DNA of 64,000 nt from an uncultured Actinomycetes bacterium (GCA_964631685.1 CAZVZU010000001.1:64001-128000), one strand, 5' to 3'; shown: positions 19,825 to 30,779, counted from the first letter of the stretch. The notes: a model not told the origin generated them from the sequence alone. Numbers and translations: made by a program.

Positions 19825-21008
19825 ATAAAGCATCTAACAACTGTTTTTTTTTGTTTTTTGTATCCATATTAGTGGGGATAGCTATTTTTGCCGGGTGTAT
19901 TAAGTTTACTTATGCTGTAGGCACCAGTAAAAATTTATATCTGGAAAATATATCAGTTTCAAAAAAAGGTGATAGCTACTTTATTTGGTTTAAATTTAAC
20001 GGTAAGCCCAATAGTATTATCCCAAAATATTCATTAAATAATTATAGCCTTAAGCTTGCCTTTAGAAATACATACATACTTTCGGGCTCTAAATTTATAA
20101 AATTTAACAATAGGTTATTCAGGGGGATAGAGCTGACATCTCTAAAAAATTTAAATTTAAACGCAATAGTGTTTTTCAATAAGGGCGTTAAGATAAGCAT
20201 GAGCGATGTTAGGAGCTCCTTTTATGGTAACTACTTTATAATTAGCATTTCGCATAAGTTTGCAACAGGTTTTTTTAAAAATGTAGGAAAAAAACTTGTT
20301 GCATCAAGTTTCTCGAAACGCGCTCGCCCACTTTCTTTGAAACCGGCATTTAAAGGTAAGGATAATTTTAATGCGGGCTTAGAAGTGGTTAAAACGGTCT
20401 TATATTTAGCATTAATCCTTGGCTTGATTTATGTTATATATTTTTTCCTACTTAAGTTTAAAGGGAAAATTACGACAAAGAAAGACTTAAATAATTTAAA
20501 AATTGTATCCTCATTAAATTTGGGAAATAAAAAATCTATTCTCCTTATAGAGGTCAATGGAGAACTTTTTCTTGTCGGTGTATATAGTTCTGGAATTCAA
20601 GTTATAGGCCATATTGAAGATCTAAAATCTAAATCGTTAGATGCTGAAGATAATAAAACCAGCGAATACAAAGATATTTCATTTGGTGGACGGTCAAGCA
20701 ATGAAATTAGTGAACCATACACATCAACTCGAAATATTGGTGCTGATAAGAGTGCTATGTCCGGATTAGGACAAAAACTAAGTGGCGGTTTCGCAAAGGT
20801 TTTAAAAAATAGGATAAATGCGAAAGAGGGTGTAGATGTCAATATAGGTGCCCAATCGGATTTTAATAAGCATGATATGGAAAACACTTATAAGGTGAAA
20901 AATATTTCGGAATCACGGTTTAAAAATAAGGCGGATAATGTATTTTTTGACATAGAAGAAAGATTGAAAGGTTTAATAGAAAATGATGGAAATATTAACA
21001 AAATTTAA
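19821..21008 (+). CDS. fliO: Flagellar biosynthesis protein FliO/FliZ with large N-terminal periplasmic domain
   Basis: Lies between fliN and fliP. TM segment, then [29 protein letters not shown] (FliO core). Confidence 0.8.
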   Translation: MNKASNNCFFLFFVSILVGIAIFAGCIKFTYAVGTSKNLYLENISVSKKGDSYFIWFKFNGKPNSIIPKYSLNNYSLKLAFRNTYILSGSKFIKFNNRLFRGIELTSLKNLNLNAIVFFNKGVKISMSDVRSSFYGNYFIISISHKFATGFFKNVGKKLVASSFSKRARPLSLKPAFKGKDNFNAGLEVVKTVLYLALILGLIYVIYFFLLKFKGKITTKKDLNNLKIVSSLNLGNKKSILLIEVNGELFLVGVYSSGIQVIGHIEDLKSKSLDAEDNKTSEYKDISFGGRSSNEISEPYTSTRNIGADKSAMSGLGQKLSGGFAKVLKNRINAKEGVDVNIGAQSDFNKHDMENTYKVKNISESRFKNKADNVFFDIEERLKGLIENDGNINKI

Positions 21009-21693
21009 GAATACAAGCTTACTAGCTTTACCCGCAATAACAATGACGGGACATCCGCATCATTCGGAAGTTTCGATGCTTATCCAGATACTCCTTATCT
21101 TCACAGTAATATCCATTGCGCCGTCCATTTTGATAATGATGACATCGTTTATACGGATAGTTGTGGTTTTGTCATTCTTAAGGACATCCTTAGGCCTTAC
21201 AACAGAACCGCCTAATCAGGTAATAATCGGTTTAAGTCTGTTTCTTACTTTCTTTGTAATGGCACCAGTGATAAACAATGTATATAAGAATGCCTATATA
21301 CCATATACAAAGAAGGAGATAGGAATAAACAAGGCTTACAAAGAGGGATTGAAGCCGATTAGGCATTTTATGTTAAAACAGACACGTATGAAAGATCTGG
21401 AGTTGTTTGTTAAAATGTCCAAGATAAAGCATATAGCATCTCCTAATAAAGTTCCGACATATGTTCTTATTCCGGCATTTATTACAAGCGAGTTAACTAC
21501 TGCATTTGAGATAAGTTTTCTTATATATTTACCTTTTTTGGTCATAGATTTGGTGGTTTCAAGTCTTTTGATGTCTATGGGAATGCTTATGTTGCCCCCG
21601 ACTATGATATCGCTTCCATTTAAGCTTATGCTTTTTGTCTTGGTAAACGGATGGTACTTGGTTATCGGCTCATTAATTCAAAGCTTTAAATAA
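20983..21693 (+). CDS. fliP: Flagellar export gate protein FliP
   Basis: MTSFIRIVVVLSFLR, PPNQV, PAFITSEL and LPFKLMLFVLVNGW. Confidence 0.97.
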   Translation: MMEILTKFKNTSLLALPAITMTGHPHHSEVSMLIQILLIFTVISIAPSILIMMTSFIRIVVVLSFLRTSLGLTTEPPNQVIIGLSLFLTFFVMAPVINNVYKNAYIPYTKKEIGINKAYKEGLKPIRHFMLKQTRMKDLELFVKMSKIKHIASPNKVPTYVLIPAFITSELTTAFEISFLIYLPFLVIDLVVSSLLMSMGMLMLPPTMISLPFKLMLFVLVNGWYLVIGSLIQSFK

Positions 21694-21711
21694 AAAATGT
21701 TTAGGTGAAAA

Positions 21712-21990
21712 ATGACCGTAGGATTCGTTAATTTTATAATACAAAAGATGATAATGACAGTTCTTTACCTAAGTGCGCCACCGCTTATCGCTAGCCTTGT
21801 CATCGGCATATTAATAAGCGTGTTTCAGGCGGTAACACAACTTCAAGACCAGACGCTTACCTTTGTCCCTAAAATTATAGTAGTCATAGTAGTTTTATTG
21901 ATTTTTGGACCATGGATGTTGAGCATACTAGTAAATTTTACAGATGAGATTTTTTTACATTTCCCCATGTATATACGAGGAGGTGGCTAA
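21712..21990 (+). CDS. fliQ: Flagellar export gate protein FliQ
   Basis: FQAVTQLQDQTLTFVPK. Confidence 0.97.
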   Translation: MTVGFVNFIIQKMIMTVLYLSAPPLIASLVIGILISVFQAVTQLQDQTLTFVPKIIVVIVVLLIFGPWMLSILVNFTDEIFLHFPMYIRGGG

Positions 21991-21996
21991 TTTAAA

Positions 21997-22785
21997 ATGA
22001 TAGTTATTCATCAATATCTTCTTATAGAGTTTATCCTGATTTTTTTTAGGGTAATTGCGATTATAGTTATTATGCCTTTTGTCGGCAGTTCTGCTGTTCC
22101 CAACTGGGCAAAAATAGGAATGGCTTTTTTTATCTCTTTAACCATCTATCCTTTGATTGCTAAAACCCAAATGATTCCCCAAATATCGCTTCCGATGATA
22201 GTTTTGCTAATTTTTTCTCAAGTATTAATAGGGCTTATTCTAGGATTTTTGGTTCTTATAATTTTTACAGGGGTTGAGTTAGCCGGTCAGTTTATGGGGC
22301 TGCAGATAGGTTTTGGAATGATAAGCCTCTTGAATCCTCTGAGCCCGGATCAGCAACAGGTTTCCCTTACCGCAAACATGCAAAATTTCATAGCATTAAT
22401 GATTTTTATAGAAACATCTGCTTTTTTCTTTATTATTGAGGGATTATATAAAAGCTTTGAGACTATTCCTATAACTTTTATACGTTTCTCTCCCTCTATT
22501 TTTAAATATTTGGTTTTAAGGGCTGCCGATATCTTTACGATAGGTTTTGAATTAAGCATTCCAGTTGTAATTGTAGCTATTTTACTAAATGTGATTATAG
22601 CTTTAATGGGAAGATTAGCCCCGCAGTTTAATATTTTTGCGGTTGGTTTTCCTATAACTATATTCGTAGGGCTTTATATTTTGTATTTCGCAGAGCCTTA
22701 TTTTGCTAATTATATGTTAAAGTCTTTTGTGAATCTAAGATTTGAGTTTTATCGCATAATAAATTCTTTTTTATTGTTAAGTTGA
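21997..22785 (+). CDS. fliR: Flagellar export gate protein FliR
   Basis: Multi-TM protein with AGQFMGLQIGF and RLAPQFNIFAVGFP. Confidence 0.95.
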   Translation: MIVIHQYLLIEFILIFFRVIAIIVIMPFVGSSAVPNWAKIGMAFFISLTIYPLIAKTQMIPQISLPMIVLLIFSQVLIGLILGFLVLIIFTGVELAGQFMGLQIGFGMISLLNPLSPDQQQVSLTANMQNFIALMIFIETSAFFFIIEGLYKSFETIPITFIRFSPSIFKYLVLRAADIFTIGFELSIPVVIVAILLNVIIALMGRLAPQFNIFAVGFPITIFVGLYILYFAEPYFANYMLKSFVNLRFEFYRIINSFLLLS

Positions 22786-22854
22786 TTGAATTTTAAGGTA
22801 AATTAAAAAACACACATAATTTCCCGTTCTGACGGGATAGTGAAGGTAAGAGAT

Positions 22855-23940
22855 ATGGCAGAAGACCAATTCGATAAAACGGAACCAGCGACCCCTAAAA
22901 GAATACAAGAGTCCAGAGAGAAAGGACAGACGATGAAATCACGGGAGGTGAACACTACCTTCATGCTTATCGCTGTGTTAGTCTATCTGTATTTTAATAT
23001 CTCTTCTATTGGTAATACTATAATTTCCGAGTTGGTCTATTTTTTATCGGATTCTTTTTCTATTCACTTGGGGTACGCTTCAACTATAAAGATATTGTAT
23101 CACATGATTTATCTTGTAACCTTTGCAATCCTTCCGTTTATTCTATTAGTTTTTTTTTCAGCCATAGTTTCAAATCTGTCTCAGGTAGGTTTTCTTTTTA
23201 CATTAGAACCGTTGATTCCTGATTTTAAGAGAATAGACCCTGTTTCAGGGGTAAAAAGATTCTTTTCGTTCCAGTCCGTTAACGAATTGTTTAAATCTGT
23301 TTTTAAATTTTTTCTTTTAGCTATAGTAACTTATTTTACATGCGCTGGGTATATAAAGAAAATTTTCGTCTTACAATATACCGGACCGTCTTATGCTTTA
23401 CTGTTTACTTTCGAGCTTCTCTATAAGATATTTTTTAATATTATATTCATAATGATCGTTTTGAGTATTATTGATTTTTTCGTACAAAGATATCAATACA
23501 ATAAAGGTCTTATGATGTCCAAACAGGAGATCAAAGATGAGACGAAACAATATGAAGGGAATCCGCAGGTAAAGGGTAGGATAAGAAAGATGCAAAGAGA
23601 GATAGCAAGAAGGAAAATATTAAAGGAAGTCAAAAAAGCGCATGTTATCATAACCAATCCAACACATTTTGCGGTAGCGATTAAGTATGACAATGAACAA
23701 TATAATGCTCCTATCGTAGTTGCAAAAGGAGCGGATAATTTGGCATTTTTGATAAAAAAAATTGCGTTAGAAAGTGATATCCCGATGGTTGAAAATAAAT
23801 ATATCGCGAGGGTGCTTTACGATGTGTGTGAACCCGGACAATTGATACCTGAAAATTTGTATAAGGCCGTAGCTGAAATACTTGCACATTTATATCTTAC
23901 TGATAAAAAATTTAAAGGAATATGGAGGGGGATTAATTAA
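22855..23940 (+). CDS. flhB: Flagellar export protein FlhB
   Basis: KTEPATPKR, EGNPQVK and the NPTH autocleavage motif. ATG at 22855; alternative GTG at 22840. Confidence 0.97.
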   Translation: MAEDQFDKTEPATPKRIQESREKGQTMKSREVNTTFMLIAVLVYLYFNISSIGNTIISELVYFLSDSFSIHLGYASTIKILYHMIYLVTFAILPFILLVFFSAIVSNLSQVGFLFTLEPLIPDFKRIDPVSGVKRFFSFQSVNELFKSVFKFFLLAIVTYFTCAGYIKKIFVLQYTGPSYALLFTFELLYKIFFNIIFIMIVLSIIDFFVQRYQYNKGLMMSKQEIKDETKQYEGNPQVKGRIRKMQREIARRKILKEVKKAHVIITNPTHFAVAIKYDNEQYNAPIVVAKGADNLAFLIKKIALESDIPMVENKYIARVLYDVCEPGQLIPENLYKAVAEILAHLYLTDKKFKGIWRGIN

Positions 23941-23943
23941 GCA

Positions 23944-26046
23944 ATGAGTAGCCGCGTTCAATCTGCCCCCACTTCGGGCAATTTTATACTAAAAAATTCC
24001 GATGTGATATTGGCGTTACTTTTTATGACGGTAATTATCCTTATGGTTGTTCCAATAACCACATGGATGCTTGATATATTTTTGACTTTTTCTATATCTT
24101 TTTCAATAGTTATACTAATTATTTCTCTGTATATATCGAGACCGCTGGAATTTTCAGTATTTCCAACCATACTTTTAGTAGCTACCCTTTTTAGATTAGC
24201 CCTTGAGATAGCTGCGACCCGGTTAATATTGCTATACGGGTATAAGGGTTCGGATGCTGCCGGTATAGTAATTGAGTCATTCGGAAAGTTTGTGGTAGGC
24301 GGAAACTATGCTGTCGGTATAGTTATCTTTATTATTTTTATCGTAATTAATTTCTTAGTTATAACAAAAGGCGCGACAAGAGTGGCGGAAGTAACGGCTA
24401 GGTTTACATTAGACGCTTTGCCCGGCAAGCAAATGTCCATTGATGCAGAACTTAATTCCGGTTTCATAAGTGAGGAAGAGGCAAGAAATAAGAGGCTTGA
24501 TTTAACAAGGGAGGTTGATTTTTACGGGTCAATGGATGGTGCTAGTAAATTTGTCAGGGGCGATGTAATTGCTGCTATAATTATAATAATTGTAAATATT
24601 ATAGGCGGACTCTTAATCGGTATCTTTCAACATCATTTATCTATAGTAAAAGCGGCATCTGAATATACCCTGCTCACAGTTGGAGAGGGACTTGTCGCTC
24701 AGATTCCTTCATTGATAGTTGCGATGTCGAGTGGTATAATAATCACTCGGGCGACGGGAGAAAGTAATCTTTCAAGAGAGTTTTCGTCCCAATTTTTGTC
24801 TAATCCAAGGGCTTTATACACGACAAGTGGCATTCTTTTGTTTTTCGGCATTATTCCTGGTCTTCCGCATTGGCCATTTATCCTTTTTGCTACCCTTGCA
24901 GCCATCATAGCGTACGTAGTCTCTAGGGAAATTGGGAAAAAGAAAACAGAATTAAGCAAGAAAAAGTTTGAGGAAAAGAAGCATATTCCCGAGTCTCAAA
25001 TCATAGAAAGTGTTATGCAGATAGATATTCTTGAGCTTGAGGTTGGTTACGGGCTCATCTCTTATGTAGATTCGTCAAAAAACGGAGAACTCTTGGAAAG
25101 AATTAAGGGGATAAGGAAACAACTAGCACAAGATTTAGGAATTATAGTTCCCCCAATTCACATTAAAGATAATCTTAATTTAAAGCCCAATGAATATCTG
25201 TTTCTGATTAAGGGCGTGGAAGTTGCAAAATACGAGGTTATGCCCAATAAATTTCTCGCAATGAATCCCGGGAATGTAACGGAAAATGTTTCAGGTACGG
25301 TTACAAATGAACCGGCATTTAATCTTCCAGCGTTATGGATAGACGAGAGCATGAAACAAAAGGCGCAGATGGCGGGTTGGACGGTTGTAGAGATACCATC
25401 TGTTATTGCAACTCATATAATCGAAATAATAAAGGCAAATGCATCTGAACTTCTTACAAGGCTGGATGTTCAAAAACTTCTGGACATACTGTCCGCTAGA
25501 TATCCTAAGATAGTGGATGATTTAATTCCAAATATTTTATCCTTAAGCACTGTCCAAAATGTTCTGGAAAATTTACTAGCAGAGGGGGTTTCTATCAAGG
25601 ATATGCTCACTATAGTAGAGGCTCTTCATAATCATGGTCCAAATATTAAGGATCCCGTGCTACTGACCGAATATGTTAGGGCGGCACTAAAGAGAACTAT
25701 AACCAGAATGGTCATAGGATCGGATAATATGGTTAGGCCGTTAATTCTGGGAAAAAATTTTGAATCTTTTATTATTAATGAATATAAAAATACAAAAGAA
25801 CAAGGTGGACACCCAGGCTTTGACCAATCTTATTACAATAAAATAATTACGGCAGTCAAAGAAGGTGTAAAAAAATCCGCAGAACTTGGTTTGTCGCCTG
25901 TTGTGCTGACTTCACCTCAAATAAGGTTGTTTTTGAAAAATGTTTTAAGTGAAATAGTGCAGGGTATAACCGTTGTTTCTACAAATGAAATGTCGCCTAA
26001 CACTAAAATAAAACCGCTGGGGAATATAGAAATTTATGCAGATTAA
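23944..26046 (+). CDS. flhA: Flagellar export protein FlhA
   Basis: FHIPEP motif RVAEVTARFTLDALPGKQMSIDA and FYGSMDGASKFVRGD. Confidence 0.98.
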   Translation: MSSRVQSAPTSGNFILKNSDVILALLFMTVIILMVVPITTWMLDIFLTFSISFSIVILIISLYISRPLEFSVFPTILLVATLFRLALEIAATRLILLYGYKGSDAAGIVIESFGKFVVGGNYAVGIVIFIIFIVINFLVITKGATRVAEVTARFTLDALPGKQMSIDAELNSGFISEEEARNKRLDLTREVDFYGSMDGASKFVRGDVIAAIIIIIVNIIGGLLIGIFQHHLSIVKAASEYTLLTVGEGLVAQIPSLIVAMSSGIIITRATGESNLSREFSSQFLSNPRALYTTSGILLFFGIIPGLPHWPFILFATLAAIIAYVVSREIGKKKTELSKKKFEEKKHIPESQIIESVMQIDILELEVGYGLISYVDSSKNGELLERIKGIRKQLAQDLGIIVPPIHIKDNLNLKPNEYLFLIKGVEVAKYEVMPNKFLAMNPGNVTENVSGTVTNEPAFNLPALWIDESMKQKAQMAGWTVVEIPSVIATHIIEIIKANASELLTRLDVQKLLDILSARYPKIVDDLIPNILSLSTVQNVLENLLAEGVSIKDMLTIVEALHNHGPNIKDPVLLTEYVRAALKRTITRMVIGSDNMVRPLILGKNFESFIINEYKNTKEQGGHPGFDQSYYNKIITAVKEGVKKSAELGLSPVVLTSPQIRLFLKNVLSEIVQGITVVSTNEMSPNTKIKPLGNIEIYAD

Positions 26047-27223
26047 AAGATATGAAGTTTTAGATATTCAGGATGCAATAGACCTTATAAAAAAGGATCT
26101 TGGTGAGGATGCCGTAATTATTTCAACAAGGCAGGTTAATAACTCCAACGATCTGGGTTTTTTTGGAAAACCGTTTTTAGAAGTGATTGCCGCGGTAGAT
26201 TACAAGGAGGAAGATTTAAAGCCTTCGATCGGAAATGATAATTTCAATCAAAATCTTTTAAGACCTCTGTATGATGATGTAAGGTTTTTAAAAGACAATT
26301 TTGAAAGTATTGTTGAGGACAAGGTCGTATTTGTCGTAAATGAAAAATTTGAGGATATCCAAAAAAGCTTGGATGAGATTAAATTTAATTTAAATCTATT
26401 GAAAGATGAAAAAACAAAGGTTAGGGAGAAAGAAAACGACTTACTTACATATTTAGACGGTCTTTCTTTTAGTAGAAAAATATCAACTAAATTAATAGAA
26501 GTGTTTTTTAAGGATATTAAATTAATTAATTTTAAATCGGAAGAAAAAATTGACTACTTTAAGAAATTCTTTAAAAAAATAATAGAGAAAAAGATAGAAA
26601 GAAAGAAATTATACCCAGTAATGGATAATAAAATCATTATCGCACTTGTTGGAAACAGCGGTGTCGGAAAGACTGTAACGGCCGCAAAGTTGTGTTCTAA
26701 ACTTATATTTGAAAAAAATATGCATTTATCAGTATGTTCTATTGACTCTATTAAAATAGGCGGCTATGAAACACTAAAAAATTATGCAAAAAAACTTAAA
26801 ATAGATTTTGCCGCGTTAAAAAATCCGGAAGAATTAAAGGCATTTGTTTCCAATTCTACATCAGATGTAATAATAATAGACACATTTGCCGTTAACCATA
26901 ATTCCTTATATCAGCTAAATAATCTATCAAGGTTTCTGCGTGTATTTGGCGGAAAGATAAGAGTTGAAATTCTTTTACAGGCTCAACTGAAAAACATAGA
27001 TGCCGTAAGAACTTATGAGTCGTTTAGAAATAAGGTTGGGGTCAATTCCATTATTATAACAAAAACAGACGAATCTCATTGTCTGGGTAATCTGGCGGAA
27101 ATATTCTTACTTACGGATTCGACGGTTGATTTTATCACAAAAGGAGAAAATGTTCCGGAAGATATTGATGATGCTTCAGTGCAAAATATTTATTCTTTAT
27201 TCTTTTCTTCGCCTGAGTACTAG
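26036..27223 (+). CDS. flhF: Flagellar SRP-family GTPase FlhF (divergent)
   Basis: IKKDLGEDAVIIS N-terminus, GNSGVGKT, TKTDE and GENVPEDI. The G2 and G3 motifs are altered (DSIK, DTFA). Confidence 0.9.
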   Translation: MQIKRYEVLDIQDAIDLIKKDLGEDAVIISTRQVNNSNDLGFFGKPFLEVIAAVDYKEEDLKPSIGNDNFNQNLLRPLYDDVRFLKDNFESIVEDKVVFVVNEKFEDIQKSLDEIKFNLNLLKDEKTKVREKENDLLTYLDGLSFSRKISTKLIEVFFKDIKLINFKSEEKIDYFKKFFKKIIEKKIERKKLYPVMDNKIIIALVGNSGVGKTVTAAKLCSKLIFEKNMHLSVCSIDSIKIGGYETLKNYAKKLKIDFAALKNPEELKAFVSNSTSDVIIIDTFAVNHNSLYQLNNLSRFLRVFGGKIRVEILLQAQLKNIDAVRTYESFRNKVGVNSIIITKTDESHCLGNLAEIFLLTDSTVDFITKGENVPEDIDDASVQNIYSLFFSSPEY

Positions 27224-27269
27224 ATAAATATAAATTTAAAAAATTAAATAATTTAAACGATAAAGGATT

Positions 27270-28118
27270 ATGAAAAAACAAAAAAATCAAGGCAGTTATA
27301 CAAAGATAATATCTGTGACTAGTGGGAAGGGAGGGGTTGGCAAGACCAATATAGTTTGCAATTTGGCATATTGCTTTGCCTCTATGGGCAAAAAAGTAAT
27401 GATAATGGATGCAGACCTAAGTCTTGGAAATGTCTCTGTAGTACTTGGAATTGTTCCTAAATATAATATTTCACAAGTAATTTATGGTGATAAACAGCTT
27501 AAAGATATTATAATATCCGATTCTAACGATATTATGGTTCTCCCTGCTTCATCAGGTGTTCCTGAATTGTCAAATCTTTCAGAGTCCCAGAAAATTGCTT
27601 TGATGTCTAGGTTTGATGAATTTGCGGGGGACATAGAAGCTTTTGGTGAGCCTATAGATATCCTTTTAATAGACACTGGTGCAGGAATTTCTTCAAATGT
27701 TTTATATTTCAATCTCGCTGCAAGCGAAATATATGTTGTAGTAACCCCCGAGCCCACATCTATCACAGACGCTTACGCATTGATAAAGGTTTTAAGCGTA
27801 AAATATGGTGAAAAATATTTTTCCATTATAGTTAATAATGTTAAAACTAGCAAGGAAGCTAAGGATGTCTATAGGCACTTAAGCCTTGTTTCTGATAAAT
27901 TTCTTAAGGTAAGCTTAAATTACTTGGGGTATGTTTTAAATGATGATAATATGCCGCGCTCGGTTGTTATGCAAAAACCGGTTTTAAGTCTTTTCCCTAA
28001 TTCTAAAGCATCCGAGTGTATCAAGAAATTGGCTTATAGCATTCTGTCTCAGAAAGACAATAAGATATCGAATGGCAATATTCAATTTTTTCTAAATAAA
28101 CTTCTAAGGGCATTTTAA
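27270..28118 (+). CDS. flhG: Flagellar number regulator FlhG/FleN (MinD-like ATPase)
   Basis: SGKGGVGKTN, DADLSLGN, DTGAGIS and TPEPTSITDAYALIK. Follows flhF. Confidence 0.93.
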   Translation: MKKQKNQGSYTKIISVTSGKGGVGKTNIVCNLAYCFASMGKKVMIMDADLSLGNVSVVLGIVPKYNISQVIYGDKQLKDIIISDSNDIMVLPASSGVPELSNLSESQKIALMSRFDEFAGDIEAFGEPIDILLIDTGAGISSNVLYFNLAASEIYVVVTPEPTSITDAYALIKVLSVKYGEKYFSIIVNNVKTSKEAKDVYRHLSLVSDKFLKVSLNYLGYVLNDDNMPRSVVMQKPVLSLFPNSKASECIKKLAYSILSQKDNKISNGNIQFFLNKLLRAF

Positions 28119-28128
28119 TCTTTAATTA

Positions 28129-28854
28129 TTGTTGTACATGAAAGAGATAAATATAAAATCTAAAAGATTGATCGAAGAAAATTATAATCTCGTGAACACT
28201 GTTGCTAATTTTATGATGGTGAGATTTAATGGTATCGTAAATAGGGATGACCTTGTGGAATTTGGAATAGGAGGGCTAATAGATGCAGCCATTAAATTTG
28301 ATCCTTTAAAAAATGACAACTTCAAGGTCTATGCTATAACAAGGATAAAAGGTTCTATTTTAGACGGTATGAGAAAACTTGATTTTATGTCAAGGAACAT
28401 TAGGGGATTGTCGGGAAAAATAGAAAAGACATACTTTAAGCTGGAACAAAAATTAGGAAGAATGCCTAATGATGATGAGGTTGCCCTAGAGTTCGGAGTC
28501 GGCATTGAAGAATTCAGGGGGATGCTTTATAAGATAAGAGGCGCAACCTTCTTATCAGATAAAAATTTTGTTGGCCTCAATAAGAAACGAATTGAATCGT
28601 TAGACTCTATGGAAAGCAATGATCCTCAAGTCATAGACGATCTCTTGGTGAACGAGAGAAGAAATATTTTAAAAACGTATATTGATGCACTTGGTGAGGT
28701 TGAAAAAAATGTACTGATGATGTATTATTACGATGAATTAACCTTAAAAGAAATAGGCAGCATGTTGAATTTAACCGAATCCAGAATTTGCCAGATTCAC
28801 TCTAAGGCAATTATAAAATTGAAGGTAAAGTTAAAATCGTATGAACAAGTCTGA
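28129..28854 (+). CDS. fliA: RNA polymerase sigma factor FliA (sigma28)
   Basis: DDLVEFGIGGLIDA, YAITRIKGSILD and YYYDELTLKEIG..LNLTESRICQIHS. Confidence 0.95.
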   Translation: MLYMKEINIKSKRLIEENYNLVNTVANFMMVRFNGIVNRDDLVEFGIGGLIDAAIKFDPLKNDNFKVYAITRIKGSILDGMRKLDFMSRNIRGLSGKIEKTYFKLEQKLGRMPNDDEVALEFGVGIEEFRGMLYKIRGATFLSDKNFVGLNKKRIESLDSMESNDPQVIDDLLVNERRNILKTYIDALGEVEKNVLMMYYYDELTLKEIGSMLNLTESRICQIHSKAIIKLKVKLKSYEQV

Positions 28855-30742
28855 TAGACAAAATGATTCGCTTATTTCGGATAATATTGATAATAAGCCC
28901 ATAAAAAAACTCTTAGGAGTGTTTATTTCAAGCGAGTGTAGCGTTAAAGCAAAGGCAGAAGCATTTGATGCTTTAAAACAGATTGCGCTGAAAAATGGAA
29001 ACTTTTTAGCTGATTATGCCGATAAAAATACGGGTAAATATGACAGGATCATTTCAGAGCTAATGAGATATGGAAAATTTATCCCTAAAAATTATCCAAA
29101 AAAGGTTTTGGTCAGGCTTTCTAAAAGCGAGGATGAAATAACTAGGGCTAACGCAATCGAATCAATAGGGTTATTAAGATTTAGATTTAAAAATGTACTA
29201 ATAAATGCGTTGGGAGATACCTTTTTTGTATCGTCGGCAGCAATTTTTTCTATAGGAGAAATAAAACTAAAAAGTGCGTTTCCAAAGTTAAAAGAATTAT
29301 TTATTCAATCTGACGATGTGGTTGTTAAAAATACTATTATAGAATCTTTAGCTAAGATCGGGGGAAGTGAAGTATCTGATTTTTTACTGTCCCTTTTAGA
29401 CGAAAAAAGCAAACATGACAGATATTTGGCTGATAAGATTTACATATTGAAAAGTTTGTACAAAATTTCTGCGCATAATGACTGCAAAAAAAATAGACAA
29501 TTACATTGTGAATCTCTATTCAAAAAAATTCCTGATTTAGATCTCGGGATTTCTATATTTTCTATAGAGGAATACGAAGAAAAAGTAGTGGTAGACTCCA
29601 TTCTTTGCTATTTTTCCCATTTAAATTACGGTAAGTCTAAAAAAATATTTATATTTTTGTTTAATTATTATCTCAAGAGCGAAAATATAGATGAATTTGA
29701 ATATGCATACATAAAAAATATTTTAAAAAAAGTTACAAGACCTGAGTACATAGTGAATTACATAGAATCACTAAAAATATCGTCGGATTTGAATAATAAA
29801 TGCGATTTGCTTATAGATGTTCTATCCGATATCTCTCCTAATGACATAACAAACCTTTTGTATTTTTTTAGGGGTAAAAGATTATTTTTTGATATCAAGA
29901 TATCTCTTTTGACTTATGCCCGTTCCGCCCGTCTTATATTTTCTGATAAACAATTTAATTACAGAACGTATTTTAACGATATTATAATTTACTACTTGAA
30001 TGATAGAAATGGCAATGTTAGGAAAGCGGCGGTTAATTTATCCGCACGCTCAAAAAGTGGTGTATATATAAACATACTTTTTACTTTTCTGCTTAAAGAA
30101 AACCTACCAGATGTGATTAACTCATTTATAGATGTTATATCCAGTCTTTTAAGTCTTAAGAAAAATAAGAAATATTTTTATTTTTTTCTAAACAACCTAT
30201 CTTCAAAAGACGGCAGAATAATAAGATATTCCTTGAAAGTGCTTGGAGGATCAAGGTTATCCGTGACGGACGATGAAATTGCCGGGTTATATGTAAAATT
30301 TACCAACCTTAAAGATAATAGATCGGTTTCCTTAAAAAGATTATTGGCAAAAATTTTAAGAAAATATGATCTAATTAAACATAAGGATGCTATGTCTTTT
30401 TTACTTAAGGAAAGGGACGAGGATGTTCAATTTAATTATCTGGAGTCTCTTTTTATGTCAGGCGAAAAGGATTTAAATCTTTATCTGGATATTCTAGGTT
30501 CTAATGGTTTTTCCGATAAATTTAGATATAACATGGTTAAGTTAATCGAGATGTCGGATGATTCAAGGGGTTTTGATAGCCTCGTTCTCATGCTTGATAA
30601 AGAAAAAAGTAAAATGGTAAAAATATCCATATTAAGGGCGCTTAATAATATTGATAAAAAAAAAGCTTTCTATATAATAAAAAAATATAATTTGTCTAAA
30701 GATAAAGATTTAAGAGATTATTCCTTAGAATTAACCAAATAA
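28841..30742 (+). CDS. HEAT-repeat protein
   Basis: Repeated HEAT-like units (DEITRANAIESIG, VSSAAIFSIG, VVKNTIIESLAKIG, NVRKAAVNL, VKISILRAL). Confidence 0.75.
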   Translation: MNKSDRQNDSLISDNIDNKPIKKLLGVFISSECSVKAKAEAFDALKQIALKNGNFLADYADKNTGKYDRIISELMRYGKFIPKNYPKKVLVRLSKSEDEITRANAIESIGLLRFRFKNVLINALGDTFFVSSAAIFSIGEIKLKSAFPKLKELFIQSDDVVVKNTIIESLAKIGGSEVSDFLLSLLDEKSKHDRYLADKIYILKSLYKISAHNDCKKNRQLHCESLFKKIPDLDLGISIFSIEEYEEKVVVDSILCYFSHLNYGKSKKIFIFLFNYYLKSENIDEFEYAYIKNILKKVTRPEYIVNYIESLKISSDLNNKCDLLIDVLSDISPNDITNLLYFFRGKRLFFDIKISLLTYARSARLIFSDKQFNYRTYFNDIIIYYLNDRNGNVRKAAVNLSARSKSGVYINILFTFLLKENLPDVINSFIDVISSLLSLKKNKKYFYFFLNNLSSKDGRIIRYSLKVLGGSRLSVTDDEIAGLYVKFTNLKDNRSVSLKRLLAKILRKYDLIKHKDAMSFLLKERDEDVQFNYLESLFMSGEKDLNLYLDILGSNGFSDKFRYNMVKLIEMSDDSRGFDSLVLMLDKEKSKMVKISILRALNNIDKKKAFYIIKKYNLSKDKDLRDYSLELTK

Positions 30743-30779
30743 TACAATACAAGACATTTAAAACAAATAAACAGACTAG

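Noticed and set aside
22822..22837. Hairpin TCCCGT-TCTG-ACGGGA between fliR and flhB as a terminator
   Set aside because: It has no U-tract and lies mid-operon, so it is too weak to call.
19844..23158. Poly-T tracts in fliO and flhB as phase-variation switches
   Set aside because: Runs of about 9 T are expected in this AT-rich sequence encoding Phe-rich membrane segments, and the frames are intact.
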